From Laetmonice hystrix (lineage: Eukaryota): a stretch of 64,000 bases of DNA. The position numbers and the translations under genes are program-made. The DNA is taken from NCBI GenBank assembly GCA_965235115.1, contig OZ249436.1, forward strand, positions 24,058,001-24,122,000. Reading direction: 5' to 3'. Positions 62,780-64,000 of this stretch are shown piece after piece. Under the pieces are notes generated by a model. The model searched no databases and was not told the DNA's origin. It worked only from the letters and a program-made list of their open reading frames with translations. Within the stretch, counting starts at the first letter, position 1. Every line of letters begins with the position of its first letter.

Positions 62780-64000
62780 GGAGGTACGACCTATTGCCGA
62801 CTTCCGACAACCACTGGTCGGTAGTTGGTTGTCAGAGGTTGTATACAGGTTTCTGGCAGTCTGTAAAAGGTTACCAGTGTTTGGTAAGTGGTTGTTGGAG
62901 CATTTTGGTCGGCTGGAGGTTTATGCTGCTGCATCAAAAACCTTCTGCTGACCAAACTGGTCGGGAAAAGGATTTTCTTGTCTTTAATCGTTTGTCCGAT
63001 CCTGGGCGACATTTCTCAGACTGGTCTCAGACTGTCTGCCGGCACTTGCCGAGCAGTTTTTGGTCGGCAAACCCTAGCAACTGACCGGCAATCAGTTGGC
63101 AAAATATACACGAGCAATCGCCGACCATTGGCCAACCAACAACAATACCCGCTGATCTGTCGTCTACCGTTCGTGGACCACTTGACAGGACAGTATAAAT
63201 TGGTGCGCACAGCAGTGGACAATCATTCCCTCTTCACCTTGCATGAAAGACGACCTGTCTGCTCTTTCACATCCAAAATACTAAAACCATGCCCTAGGGA
63301 GTCTCCACGAAGGCGAGGGGCAAGGGTAAGAGAGCTAGACGAGCCCAGACAGACAATAACAGTGATGGCAGCCTGATGCCCATGCCCAAACAAGTGGCAA
63401 GTGAGGACGAGGAAGAGAGGGAAGAGCCCCTGGTGATGGAGACTAAAGGTGGTCCCCATCAAACCACAGAGTCAGAGGAGATCCCAGCCTCTCCAGCAGT
63501 CCCAGGCTCAGAAACCAGCAAGAAAGACGACCTGCCGTTTTTAGTCTGCTCTTTCACATCCAAAATCCATGGCCTCATCCAGAACTGTCGCTGTCTTCTC
63601 TTTCTTCTTCTCTGGTACAACAGAAGAGCCAATGCAGCAGCGTCATTTTCCTCTTCGTGTTGCAGCATCAATCCCAGCATCTGGAGTTGTCTTGGTTGAA
63701 ATGGCAGAACCATGTTGGGATGTTTCGTCTTTAACAGTTTGTAGAATACTAAGCTCCAGGCAGCCCCATATTTATACCCCCTATAGTACTCTTTGAGAGA
63801 CTGCCGAGCGCCGTACGAACATCGGCAGCTAATCTGCAACAAGTTGTTCATTATCGCCGATCAGTTGCCAACAAGTGGTTGCCCATCAGTCTTCAATAAT
63901 TTTCATTGAACGGACAATTTTCGTACGACACTCGGGAACCTGTCGTACTATCGATCGGCAACTACTCGCCCAATTAAATTTATGGCAAGTTTGAGGATTT
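62780..64000. mobile_element. Probable internally deleted Harbinger/PIF element (convergent N-terminal gene remnants)
   Basis: Minus-strand MVLPFQ...LLLYQRRRKRRQRQFWMRPWI resembles Harbinger transposase N-termini; a plus-strand basic/acidic remnant faces it; repeat-rich flanks. Ends not resolved. Confidence 0.45.

Overview
This is eukaryotic, probably invertebrate animal, DNA; the taxon cannot be fixed from sequence alone. The window lies inside the large introns of a minus-strand MCTP (multiple C2 and transmembrane domain) gene, and four of its exons splice in frame. Transposable elements fill most of the rest. (1) The 3' end of a Gypsy element with an F-type, class I fusion-like env, plus a solo LTR of that family. 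(2) A young 15.2-kb Gypsy provirus with three oddities: a Gag N-terminus with transmembrane, Cys-Cys and polybasic segments; a 53/54-aa tandem array ahead of the protease; and a splice-acceptor-led C2H2 zinc-finger ORF3 in the env position. (3) An L1/Tx1-type LINE with intact ORF2, a 15-bp TSD and no ORF1, lying between long inverted repeats. (4) Two CR1/L2-type LINE fragments. (5) An internally deleted DIRS/Ngaro-type tyrosine-recombinase element. (6) Many nested non-autonomous DNA elements (Tc1/mariner-, piggyBac-, Ginger-, Harbinger-, EnSpm-, Mutator- and Helentron-like). All coordinates were read by eye and family calls rest on motifs, not database searches.
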